DNA of 44,823 bases from Nemertoderma westbladi. Its lineage: Eukaryota > Animalia > Xenacoelomorpha. Under the pieces are notes generated by a model. It did no database searches. It worked only from the letters and a program-made list of their open reading frames with translations, and had not been told where the DNA came from. The stretch lies in contig JAUCBJ010003281.1 of NCBI GenBank assembly GCA_032718475.1, positions 1 through 44,823 of the forward strand. The letters are read 5' to 3'. Position 1 is the first letter of the stretch; each line of letters opens with the position of its first letter. A program made the position numbers and the translations under genes. This document shows, piece after piece, positions 11,331 through 23,100 of the stretch.

Positions 11331-12914
11331 CTGGGAAAAGAAATATTAGGCCTACATATTTTATAAATATTCATATTATTGGCAACCGGTCTGGCGGTAC
11401 GGTAGGCTATACCTAAAAATTAACTACAAACACTAAACTTACTAGGCCTATCCTTCCTTTCTTTGTGTACAATTTTCAAGAAACACTTGTCATACCTGAA
11501 ATCCGTTCAGGTCCAAACAAGAAATTTTCAAAAATAAAATTTTATGCAGATTGCCTACACCACTTTCAGCTCTGAAATCATATTTACAATCTGCAGTAGC
11601 TGAATAACCTGCCCGCAATTTTTAGCTTAGAAACCCCACCCAGCTGCCCAGAGATCACTTTTCTGTTCTGAGATTTAATATGATACAGAGATACACGAAT
11701 TTTCAGCTCAGAAACGTCTTGCACACGAAGTTTTAGCACCCAAATTTCGTGCACACGACTTCATGCACACAGGACCTTGCATCTCTATACCATCATTATA
11801 CCTTCCCTCATCAATATACCTTTCAGTTTTAAAATTTAATGCCATGCTAAGAAAACAGGTTCACAAGTGTTCATTTGTAAATTAAAATTCGCACAACTTT
11901 TCAGCTCTGAAATTACTGAAATCAACGTCTAGTCCTGTAATCTCATTCGCAGGTTAATCTCTGAAATAATAGGCCTAGTGCTGTAGTGTGGTGCATTAAA
12001 CTTCTCATCTTCGAAAAAAATAACATGGTGATTGTGACAGTTCTTCAAATGACTTTTCATTCCTAAAAATATAATACACATTAGTTTTCAGCTCTGAAAT
12101 ATCATTCAAATAAAAGGTATCTTGCTTGAGCTGAAGAATCACGGAATTTCAGTAGCAGACTCTTTGAAATATAACAATATGTGTCGGTGAGAACAAAATA
12201 AAGACACAAGACATGAACAAAACAAAGATGTAAAGTCGCGTTAGGTCAAAAGAGCGTTAGGTCCCAAAGAGCGTTAGGTCCCAAAGAGCGTTAGGTCCCA
12301 AAGAGCGATAGATTCCATTGCCATTTAAAGGAGCTGATTTGATTATTAAAGTAGCAGGTTACAGAGGCGTGTTGGGGGAACCAAAACAATAAACGAAAGT
12401 AACACATGTTACAAGATTATATATTTATTTTTTTATTCTTTTATTTATTTATTATATATTTATAATTGGGTCTTTGTGTGTGGTGTTCTACATACATTAG
12501 TAATGCCCCCACTATTAGCCCATACCCCACGCACACGCATCCAATTAAATAGTGTCTACCATCACTATCACTACAACACCTGGACTTCCCTCTCGCCTGG
12601 CTTGCTGCGATAGAACTCATGAGTTATATGATACATTTTGTGTATGTCCAGTTAGTCCTTTATGGCGAGCGTGCACGGCACGTACCACCATCATAATAGT
12701 ATGAATACAGTGATAGTCAAATCAAAAATACCTTTCAAATGAAACACATTTGGAGACAATGAAATTGCAAAAATCACTTATTTTGTCAACTTTTGGAGGA
12801 GCCGATAAACAATAATCCAAAAATATATCTGTACATCGATTATTGCGGGTAAATAATAATTACGACGAAAAATACTTTATTATAAATACTACGTTAATAA
12901 ACAGATAAACTGAC
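11331..12914 (-). other. INPP5F: Phase-0 GT-AG intron of INPP5F (1584 nt)
   Basis: Donor gtcagt at 12914 and acceptor ttttcccag ending at 11331. Splicing restores the conserved RGADKV-GNVANFVETEQ motif. Confidence 0.92.
12238..12307. repeat. 17-bp tandem repeat, ~4 copies, intronic
   Basis: (GCGTTAGGTCCCAAAGA)n visible directly. Confidence 0.9.
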
Positions 12915-13724
12915 CACTTTATCAGCTCCCCTCATCCTGAATCTGGTGCCGGCACGGTGTCTGCTGCGACGTGACAACAGACCCAGCACAACCTCCTGGG
13001 GTTCCGCTAAACCCTCCAGTCTCAAAAGCACCCGATTAACCTGCATGAACCCCTGAACCACTGGAACGAACCAATGGCTATCCTCGCTCTTGCTCAAATC
13101 CGACAGCATGTGTTTATTCCAAAAGAATCTATCATCTATACCTCCGGGGTGGTCACACAGTTTCCGCTGTAATGTATTGGTTAAATCCCCGCTCGGAGTA
13201 AAATAGAAAGAGTCAGAGCCATCAAACATCCTACAAATCTCTTCAGTAATCCTCCTCTCTCGTAATAACGTGTCCCTTTTCTTAAACTTAATCTGCTCCT
13301 TCATTTGGGCCCAGGTTTTTGACATGAGTTTTTGATGGGAAGTGTCGTTGGCAACGGTTAATTTATCGGTTCGCCCAGTCAACCCGCAGTGATGGTAAGG
13401 GCACGGGTCTAACGATAGATCCACCGGGAGTTGGTGCACCGAGAGAGGGATCAAGGCGATCTTTTCAATGCGATGGATTTCCTGTCCGTTTGATAAAGTC
13501 CCTATGACTTTCCGTTTAGAGACAAGGATTACTGTGGCGTCAGAATCGGAAATGGGGGATAACTTCCCGACCAGACCGTAGACGATTCCGAGACAGACGG
13601 GGTTCCACGCGTTGGCGAGTTCCATTGAGTTACGACTCGCCATAGAGCCGTCGTATCGGTTACACCACAACGAGTGTTCACCATCGCGTACGATATAATT
13701 GTCGTTTGTTTGAATAACTTCCAT
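12915..13724 (-). CDS. INPP5F: Phosphatidylinositide phosphatase SAC2 (INPP5F), coding exon 1 (SAC N-terminal region, 270 aa)
   Basis: ATG at 13724 starts MEVIQTNDNYIVRDGEHSLWC, similar to the SAC2 N-terminus. Motifs SFYFTPSGDLTNTLQR, DDRFFWNKHML, VPVVQGF and LLSRRSRHRAGTRFRMRGAD. Donor is GTG|gtcagt. The ORF-track extension to 14057 is not homologous. Confidence 0.9.
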
Positions 13725-15700
13725 CTCCAAAACATTACTAACACTAACAGTACAGCAGTAGCAGTAGGCAGGTAGGCCTACGTGGAAAGTGGGGGAATCA
13801 GGAATGTCGTCTTTAGAAATTGGAAATAGGGATAGGCTATAGCAGTAGTACCGGTATAGACTTATAGAGGCAAAGCAGAACAGCAGAAGGTAGAAGGATA
13901 GGTACACGAAACCGTACCCTGTCCACTGTCTGCCCGTGAATACTGGAGCGGAGTTACTACAATCAACAGTACCTACCGGTATGCGGTACCGGTCTGCCGG
14001 TACTATTTCAGTCGTACAGACATCAACACAGCCTCCAGCACACTGGCACACACACACCTACCACCTACAGTACGTACAGCATGTACTGATGTAGCAACTA
14101 GCAACAGTCAGACAGTAGCAATGCAGGAATGTGGGGCGAGCGACGAAAGTAAGCAAGCTTAGCATACAGGTACCACTAACTCCTGAACTCAATCCAGCAA
14201 TCGGCAGATCGGTGTGCATGCTGTTCTGTTGTGTCCAATATCAGAATAATGCAGAAATAATGTGGCCTTGGGAAGTGTGGTAGGCCTATTTCCCTTCAGC
14301 CATTCCAGCATTTCCAGGTTGCAGAGTTCAGGAGTTCAAAGTATGACACCGGTACCATGAGATGCCTGTACTCCACTACCGGTACTGCTCACTGCTGTTG
14401 CTGTACAGCTGTATGTGATAGGCCTAGCTTTCTAGGCTGGTTGTCAGTCTGTCAGTGTGGTACTGCTACTGCATTATCTGAGTATTGGTAGGTGCAGTAG
14501 GGTAGGGAGTCCTGCAATTGTCTGAGTGACGTCTGAATTGCGATATCGCGACTATTCAGCCATATCATGTACCGGTACAGTACCTTAATCTTATTACAAT
14601 ATTAAACATATGTTTACAGTACGGTACGGTACCGGTACTGTTACCGTGGTACAGAGTTACCGTGGTACAGATTTACCGGTACCGTCTTCAGGTCGTTGGC
14701 GCCACCCACCAATCGGCTCGGCAACGGCAACCATGCAGCCATGGCAGTTTTGAAATTATGCGGACTTAAGACAGACTGAAATATTGTCAGGTTGTACCAT
14801 AGCTGACCTTTATTCAATGTTCCGGTATCCACTACTACACTAGGTACCCCAACAGCCCAATATACTACAATACCCAGCAACGTTTTGGAATTGTACCGGT
14901 ACTCAAACAACTCACCATCAAGGATCAAGGCCACCGCCTCTGTCTGTCGCAGTGTCGTTTGCGACCTCAACTTTTGGTATCGCTACTGCGCTAGCACTAC
15001 AGGCAAACTGGACTAACCCAGTAACCGATGAGCTAGACCCGAGGACTGAAGAATGCATTGAATTTTTTGAGTAGTTTGACTGTGGACTTCTATGGCATCG
15101 ATGTCAAGCTGCCAATACGAAAGTTTTTTTTTAAGTAAAAGTTTGGTTAAATTTTCTCAATTATTTATTTAAATTTCTTAAGTACCGATTTTGGGATAGA
15201 ATTTCTCAATTTTAATCTGTATCTAATAACTGACCCTCATCCTGCGCGATGGCCCCACGAACGTGTATGTAGTTGCATATAATTTTTAGTTGTTTCATGT
15301 AGTATGTCAGTATGCAGTGCAGTATTGCAGTTTTCTCAGTTTCTCTACCAGAATATACACTCTATAGCTATAGCCTACTGCTGTACTGTAGGCCTACTTC
15401 TAAAAATTATTGGAACTAAACTGTTAAAATATTCTACTAAAATAATAAATTTATTTGGTTGAACCTTGAAGCCATGTGCTAAATGCAAGTGAATTTAATA
15501 TGCGCAGGCTATTGAGCATTCACACCAACAACTTAGGCCTATTGTCTGATTGTTTGACCAATCAAAAATAGAGTTTCTGAGAACATTCGAATTGTTAAAG
15601 CATTTTTTCTAAGCAACTAAACTAAACTACTTTTCCTTTGGATGTTGTCTGATGTTTGCGATCTGCATTTCCAAGAAATTGTGAAAGGATCTAAAAGCAT

Positions 15701-16862
15701 TGTACGCGCTTTTAGACCTTTAGCAGTTTAACCTGCCAATTTTAATTGTCTTTTTGTATATCAATTATTTAATGTACTGAAGTTACATCAGCCGAAGCCA
15801 GCCTGTGCGCGACCATTCACCCACAGTTAAGGGAGACTGGATTCGGATGCTTTGATAGTGATTGCAGTGTAGACCTACTGTATTATTCGATTGATCATAT
15901 ATAATCTCTGACAATATATTTACTTTCGGGGAAATATTAACAGTTCCTTTAGGACGTGGCGCTTTAAGTATAAAACAGAGTTATGACTTATACTAATCAC
16001 AACTGGATGGCTACTGAGTTTCGTAAAAGGCGCATTCTTTAGGAGATGCTTTATTAACCTTCACACTACTTCACACGACTTCACACTACTTCACACTACT
16101 GCGCACTGATCTGCCGACCGTCACTGAATTTGATCATATATAAGGAGGATCGCAACTGACACATGTAGGGATTATGAAATAGCATTCAATTCACACAAAA
16201 ACCACTATAATGTAAGTCGCAGTTGCTACCGGTAAACCTGTTCCTCTAACCTTTAGTAATCAAAGAGATTGAGGGTTTTATGATTATTCATCGGTATTCT
16301 CCAAATATATCAGCAATATATACCAACATAACACATAACACCAATTAATAACAGAATCAAATAATGCGGTGAACAGTCAGTATGTGTAGTTGAATCGCGT
16401 TGCGTAGTGCCGCAGTGTGGCGGTGTGCTGCGTTAATAGTTTTACGTTCCTTTGATCAAAGCCATCGGATGTTTCTGAGGTTTAGGTCAAAGTCTGAAAC
16501 TTCCACAGAAGTACAGAAGAATCCTAAGCCGGTGTTCTGGGCTTAGAAAGATACACACTGGCTGAATTGCGTGAGTTTCTGTAGGCACTGTCCAACACAA
16601 AGTGAAAATCGCTCTGAATGGCTGAGCCAAACAAAGAACAAAGAGAGATTCAGGTTCCGCGTTGGCAGTAAATCAGCTGACAGATTGCGTCATCTGAGTC
16701 ATCTTTTAGAGTATTAAGCGAATTGCGGCAGAATGGCTAGTTATGTCCGCTAAAGCACACATACAGACATAACGGGTAAAAATGGCTTGTTATGTCCGCT
16801 AAAAGCACCTACATGGTACATTGCGGAGAAAATGACTGGTTATATCCACAAAAGCTTTTACA
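15701..16862 (-). repeat. 3' LTR (1162 bp)
   Basis: TGTACGCGCT...GCTTTTACA matches 26962-28126. By eye about 15 substitutions and 2 small indels (~98-99% identity). Confidence 0.95.
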
Positions 16863-16870
16863 CCGCTCCC
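16863..16870 (-). other. Short polypurine tract
   Basis: GGGAGCGG directly precedes the TGT of the 3' LTR on the minus strand. Confidence 0.6.
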
Positions 16871-16940
16871 AGAAAATGGGATTTAATTCTATAAAATATA
16901 AAAAATCACAGTTTCTAAAATATAAAAATACTCTAAACAG

Positions 16941-18391
16941 TTAGTCCTTCTTACGCGAACGGCGTTTACGCAGTTTTTTGAGGCTAGCAAGAGTCATTTT
17001 CTCTTTGGGGCGAGCCACTTTACTAGGAGGGCTATAACTCCTGGGTGAAGGGTGCAATACAATTGCATCGGAAGGTTTAGGATGACGGTCGGTGTATCCG
17101 CCGGTCGAGGTACCCAGTGGATCGATATCAACCCCAGTGGAGCGAGGTCGAACAACCTTGAGAGCACGTTTTAAGACAGCAGCTCTTACTGGTCACTGAC
17201 GGGTCGTTTGCACGAGAGCAGTAGGTGGACCGTGTGTAGTGAGAAATTTCCTCGGTTTGATGATTCTTTCCAACTCGCGTTTTTGGGCTCTATCGGAATC
17301 GATATGCTTCTCCTCGAGCTGATTTTCCTCCGCTTATCGTTGGGAGCATTCGTCCAAAACTCTTGCAGAGAGTAGGGTCGTCCAAGTTCGATATCTTCTT
17401 AGAGATTCTGGATTTCCCGATCGAACTGAGATAAAGCTAATTCGTTTACCGCTTGGACTTGCTGCTGCAATTTATGTGGTTAGATCGGGACGATTATACG
17501 GGTTGAACGGCGATATTAGGTGTCCGCGTCCCAATCCGGCTAGGTAAGATGGGCGAATATCTAGGGAGCCCACAACCGGAGTGCCACCGACTAATTGTTT
17601 GGGTAACACTAGATCTTTGAACAGTGAGTACAGTTCGGGAGGATCCGTGATACTATTAGGATCAAGAGTCTGAGGTCTCACTAGGGAGTGAGGAGGCCTG
17701 ACCGAGTATTCCGGAACTCTGATCATGGGTTTATTTAAGGATCGTTTGAGTCGAGCGAGCGTAGGTGATACATTGAACAAGTTTCGCTCGAAACTCCCGT
17801 AAATATAGCGAGTAAAACTGTGTTTAGCGCAACGTCTCCGCGGATGTTTGTCTTTCCGTTTGTTGGTTGGGTCTAGGGCATTCATTGTAATAATACCAAA
17901 GACGCACGTCTTGTAGGGGAAACGCTGGTGATTTTTCTTCAGTTTTACAATGTTTCTCTCAAGAATTCCAAATATACGTTGGAGTCACTGCGTTTATCCG
18001 GTTCTTTAACATCTTCTCTTTCGAGTTGGTTTCGAATAGAATTTTCGTGTTCGTTTCTCAGTTTATTGTTCCGACTCCGCTGGGTATGATATTTAAATAG
18101 GATCATTTCCCTTTCGGTGTCGACATCGTCCGTATCATGTAAATCGATAGGATGACCAGTAGTTAAGAAGTCCATATACGTACCATTACGATGCGTATAG
18201 CGAGCGGTGAATTTTCTATAGTCCAATTCACGCGTGAGTTGTTCCTTTGACATTGGCGGTTCGATATAACGGCCATCGTCCTCCGTAGTAGGTTGACTAA
18301 CATCGCCGCGTATTAAACTATCAACAAATGCTTGCAATGGTGGGGTATATCGCTCCCTGATACCAAGATCATCTTCTATCAACTCAGTCAT
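16941..18391 (-). pseudogene. Decayed accessory ORF of unknown function between pol and the 3' LTR (~480 codons)
   Basis: ORFs 18391-17945 and 17885-17472 are adjacent. The second frame continues through a few stops to ...EKMTLASLKKLRKRRSRKKD* (stop 16941-16943). Composition is coding-like compared with the AT-rich flanks. Confidence 0.55.
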
Positions 18392-20104
18392 AGCTGCTAT
18401 ATGAGTTTATCGATATTATAATTAATCATAATTAGGCTAGCGGTCGTTGCTGCCTACCCCTCAAGGCCCCCGGACAGCGTAAGATCCTCAGCGCTGATGT
18501 ACTGTCGCCGCTGTGTCTATCGCCAACATAGTAGCTACACAACGACAACAACAACCAGCGCGAGTCACTCCACTGTCTGTCCCAAGGGCTTAGATTTACT
18601 TCAGGTTCTTACTGCAGAGGTAGTGCTACTTTCACAACTGCGACTCACTACTGTAAACACAATTTAGTAGTAACATTCACCTATAAACGCACAAATTCCA
18701 CACAACTGTCACAAATTGTACACATTCGGGCCATTTGTCCGTTAGTCAAGTGCCTTCCAGAATGCCACGTTATTATTATGTATCCCTGGATACTAGCAGT
18801 GTGCTATTTATTCCGCATGCTATTCAATGGGGCAAGCTTTCTATTGCTCTTTTAACTCGCTTCTAATTCTAGCGTGGTTGTTGCCATGGTGACATTATGG
18901 AAAGCTAGCAGTAGAATTAGGGTAATTCTCATGCATACAGATCTGGGATGCTATTTAATAGTAATTCTTTAATTGTCAATATTCCCCTTTATACATGATT
19001 TTATGAATTTTATCGGCTATTGACAATATATTGGAGATTCTATATTGGATATACTTAATAGGGTGAATCTCCGCTCCCATGATCTATTAATTAAGGGAAT
19101 TTTGGGAATCTTATAAATTGCATAAAATGACAATTTATCAAATTAATGAGAGGATATGAATTTAAATTTATTCCCGTAAATTTTATTATTTAATATTAAA
19201 TAGACACAATTTATTTCAGAGCATGTCTGGGGACTAGGATCCTGAATTCTGGGAAATTTGTCTTTTTAAGAGTATCGGTAAGTGCTACGATATCTTAATC
19301 GACTAGAATTTTAAAGGATCTGAATTTTAACAGTTTTAGATTTTCTTGGTTTACAAACTCCTCAGAGTTTATTTGTCGGCATTTACTCTATTATATTTGT
19401 TTTAATAGATTTTTATAAATATTAAATAGTTAATATTTAAGATGGGCACCGATTTATTCCAGAACTTGTCTGGGGACGTTAACCACTGATTCTAGAATTT
19501 TGTCTTTCAAGTATATCGGTGGGTGCCGCGATATCTTAATCGACTAGAATTACACATGGTCAAAGGGTTTAACAAATCGATTTTGCGTTTTACGCTACTG
19601 TTAAAGGGACATCACGCTACTATATGTATTACTTAATATACGGTATGAGAGCAATATTGCAAGAAGCAATGTCAGTGAGAAGAGGCAAGTCGTTTCCAAG
19701 GTCTACCCAGAGCTTGGTTTAGCCGAGACACGAGGATCTGAACTTTGCATTCCTAATACTCTACTTACCAATAATACTTGAATATAGTAGGAGCTTTATT
19801 GTACTTTAATAAGTACGGACATTTCATCTTACTGTAGTCACGTATTTATAATATGATACGGACAGTAAGGAAAGAGAAAAATAATTATTTCTCGCCGTTG
19901 CACTAAATATATAATATAATATAAGTAAGTAAGTAATAAACACTAATATATTGCACTAATCTACTAAATAATCGCTAAAGTAACATTCTACTAAATAAAA
20001 TTAAAGAAAACGATTATAATAAAATTACATAATAATACATACATAAATATAAAATAATAAAAACAAATAAAAATAATATAGTCACACACCCACTCCAGAC
20101 GCTG

Positions 20105-23100
20105 TTACGTTGGGGAGTCCCTAGATGTTTGTTGGATTAGGGAGGTGGTCGTGGGAAGAGTATCTTGCCTTCCATAGTTTCCGGACAGTTCTCGGTCTCT
20201 TTCCAGTAAACATAAACGACTAACTGGGCGATTGAGTTGTTGTGTTTCGAATACAATTCCAGGTTTCCTCTTCGTCCTGGAATAGTGACGATAGAAACAT
20301 CGCTTCAAATACACGACGGCCTTACAAAGCCGATTCCAGGAGCTATAGTGGTTTATCGCTCCCTGCAGGAGAGGTGAGAGTCCCTGCGAGACGTCTGGTG
20401 TTCCAGATTTCCAGTCTCTTTCTCTGATTTCCACAACAGAGTTATTTGTGGCGGGGGAGTTTAGACCCACAGCGTCGTCCCCTGAAATGTGTAGTACAGA
20501 CAGATCAATCGCGGGTTTAAATAACTTTGATTTACTCGTCCGGGTTTTAGGTTTGACTTTCTCCGCTCCCTTGGCTTGTCTAATCTCAGCCATGGTGAGA
20601 TGAGGAGGCCATTCATCCTCTTCTTTACTTAGGAAGTTGGGTCCACCTAACCAGTCTGGAGTATCTATCAGTTCTTGAGGAGTTGCTCCTCTGGAAGCGA
20701 TGTCGGCTGGATTAATCGTCCCAAGGCAATGTCTCCATTGATCTAGATTAGAGTTAATATCGTCATTATCTGAGGAGTATGGTGTTCCATCAGTTGTGGT
20801 TGTCTCTCCCTCACTGATGTCTTCTTCCCATTCACTCACCTGCTGGACCTGATCTTTGGGTAACCTTTCCATGAGTGTCCTACGGGAAGGTCCAGTGAAG
20901 TACCAACCTACTATTGTTCTTCCCGCATAGGTTTGCAATGGTTGCGGTCGAGCAGGCCGTTTCTCTAATGTCTCAAGCGCCTCATGCGCATTTTGGCCGA
21001 TGAGTATCTGTACCCCTGGGTAGTCGGTGTTGAATCTAGGTATCTCATGCTGCTGGGTGAAATCGTCTTCATCCCAGTTATAAGGTTCCACTTGGCTGGT
21101 AGTGACGTTCTTTATCACCACCATTTTTACTGACCTTATACTGTGTTCTCCTAGTTCATCCTGGGGGGTGGACAACGCGCCTACATAGTAGTCTGTAGCT
21201 ACTGTAGATTTCCAAACCTGCATAATTCCTGAAAGGTTCAACTTAGTTCGGAACTTGGGTTGTCCAGCAAAGATGTCTTCGGCTAGTTCTTTGTCGATGA
21301 ATGTTCCTGTGCTGCCGGAGTCAAGGAGGGCATTCACTATATAGCTCTTTTTTAACCCGTGGACTCTCAACTGCACTACGGGAAATTCCCGGATTCCTAC
21401 GTTGGAAGTTGGCGCTTTCCAAGATGGTTGTCGGTCCGGAATAGTTAGGGGGAGCTCACTATCGGTTTCAGTCTCATACGTAAGTGCTCGATACACTGCG
21501 GTGTTTATTAGATAACAGGATTCGTTTTCGTCGGAGAATTCATCCGTGTAGAATCCTTCTATCTCAGAACTGTGGTCAGTGTCGTTCACATCACTGAATT
21601 GGACATGTAGTTCGGGCTCACTTACCTGACTCGTGCGGGTTCTTTCAAATTCTGTGTGCAGCAAGATATGATGTTTCGCGCCGCACTTAGCACACCTAGC
21701 ATCTGAGTAACAGGTCCGCCATTGGTGTCCTCGTCTGAGACAATTATAACACAACCGCTTATCCCACATGACTTCGCATCTATCCTTTAAGGATTTCTTT
21801 AAGAATTCATCACACCCACTCAAGCGATGGGGCCCGTCACACAATACACATTTGGGCTTGATGTTACTTACTTTACCTTGGGTAGTGTTGTGCACACTCG
21901 TTCTTTCCTCGGGCTTTCTTCCATGAATTCTCTTAGGAGACGTAGGAGGAGTTTTTGTTACCTGTTCTCTCCTGTCACTGGTTCGAGACTTAAATTTACT
22001 TACGTCTTTAGGTACTTTGTTGACATAATAAGATCTTTCGGTGTCTTTCCCGCTGTTCTCCTCGTGGGAGGTTTGGCTTTTGCCGTCGTCTGTATAACAC
22101 ACTGATGTTACCTTTCTCCTAGAAACGGATTTTTCACTTACCTCACTTTCAGGAGTCTTCTCTCTAGACTGTTTTAGGAGTTGTAATCTTACCTCTCGGT
22201 TTAAGAATGACAGAAGGTCCGTCATGGTTGGATCTCTATATTGTTGGTCCATCAAATAGAGAACCCTTTTGTCCCAGCGAGTACCTACTTCACTCTTTGG
22301 CAAAGCTGATGCTAAGGCTCCTACAACCATAGAATTCTGGTATTCATGAGACTTACCCAACCAGTCTAATTGTCTACAGATCTCCTGAATCTCATCAGAA
22401 AACTCTATAATCCCGCTGCTAAGGAACTTTCGGGCGCTACTAATTTCGCATACAAATACCTAGCTATGTTTGTCCTATTACCATACCTGATGTTTAGTGT
22501 ATCCCAAACTTGTCGCAATCCATCTGGATGTCCAATAAACTTTAACGCCATTAACTTGGGAGGTCCTTCCAAACACTCGATGAGGAATCTAAGTTTCTCT
22601 CCGTTAGATAATACAGAGTTCTGTATGTTATCTTTGTAATATTAATTAAAAGGTAACCATTTCATCTCATCTCCATTGAACTTGACGATCTCTCCCACCT
22701 TTACCGCTTGACGAGCTTCGGTTCTATCCATTTGACGCGTAAAACTTTCTTGGGCCATCGTATTATTTAATATCGAGTTATCGGTATATAAATTTCTCGG
22801 ATTATTATCAGGTCTATATGAAATACCATTATCAACAGGTTTATCGTTACCCTTAATAGGGTACACTATAGGAGTTTCTACTTCACTAGCAGTATAGATG
22901 CGTGTAGGCTCCACACCTTGTGCATGAAATACTTCAGACCTAACAGGTTGACACATTGTTACAGAGGGTGTTGGTATACCCTTTTGTAGATTTACTAACT
23001 TATCACGTTCTAACGCGATACTCTGCTGCACTTCCTGCAATTCTAACCTACTCTCTCTTACTGTTCCCCTTAACTGTTGAACAGTCCCCTCCAACTCTCG

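Noticed and set aside
9211-11374. Overlapping antisense and alternate-frame ORFs in exon 2
   Set aside because: Expected shadows of a GC-rich coding exon.
13725-14057. 111-aa N-terminal extension of the SAC2 ORF
   Set aside because: Non-ATG start and no SAC similarity; homology begins at ATG 13724.
17472-18391. env gene in the LTR element
   Set aside because: The position fits, but no signal peptide, Cys pattern or transmembrane anchor is visible; kept as an unknown accessory ORF.
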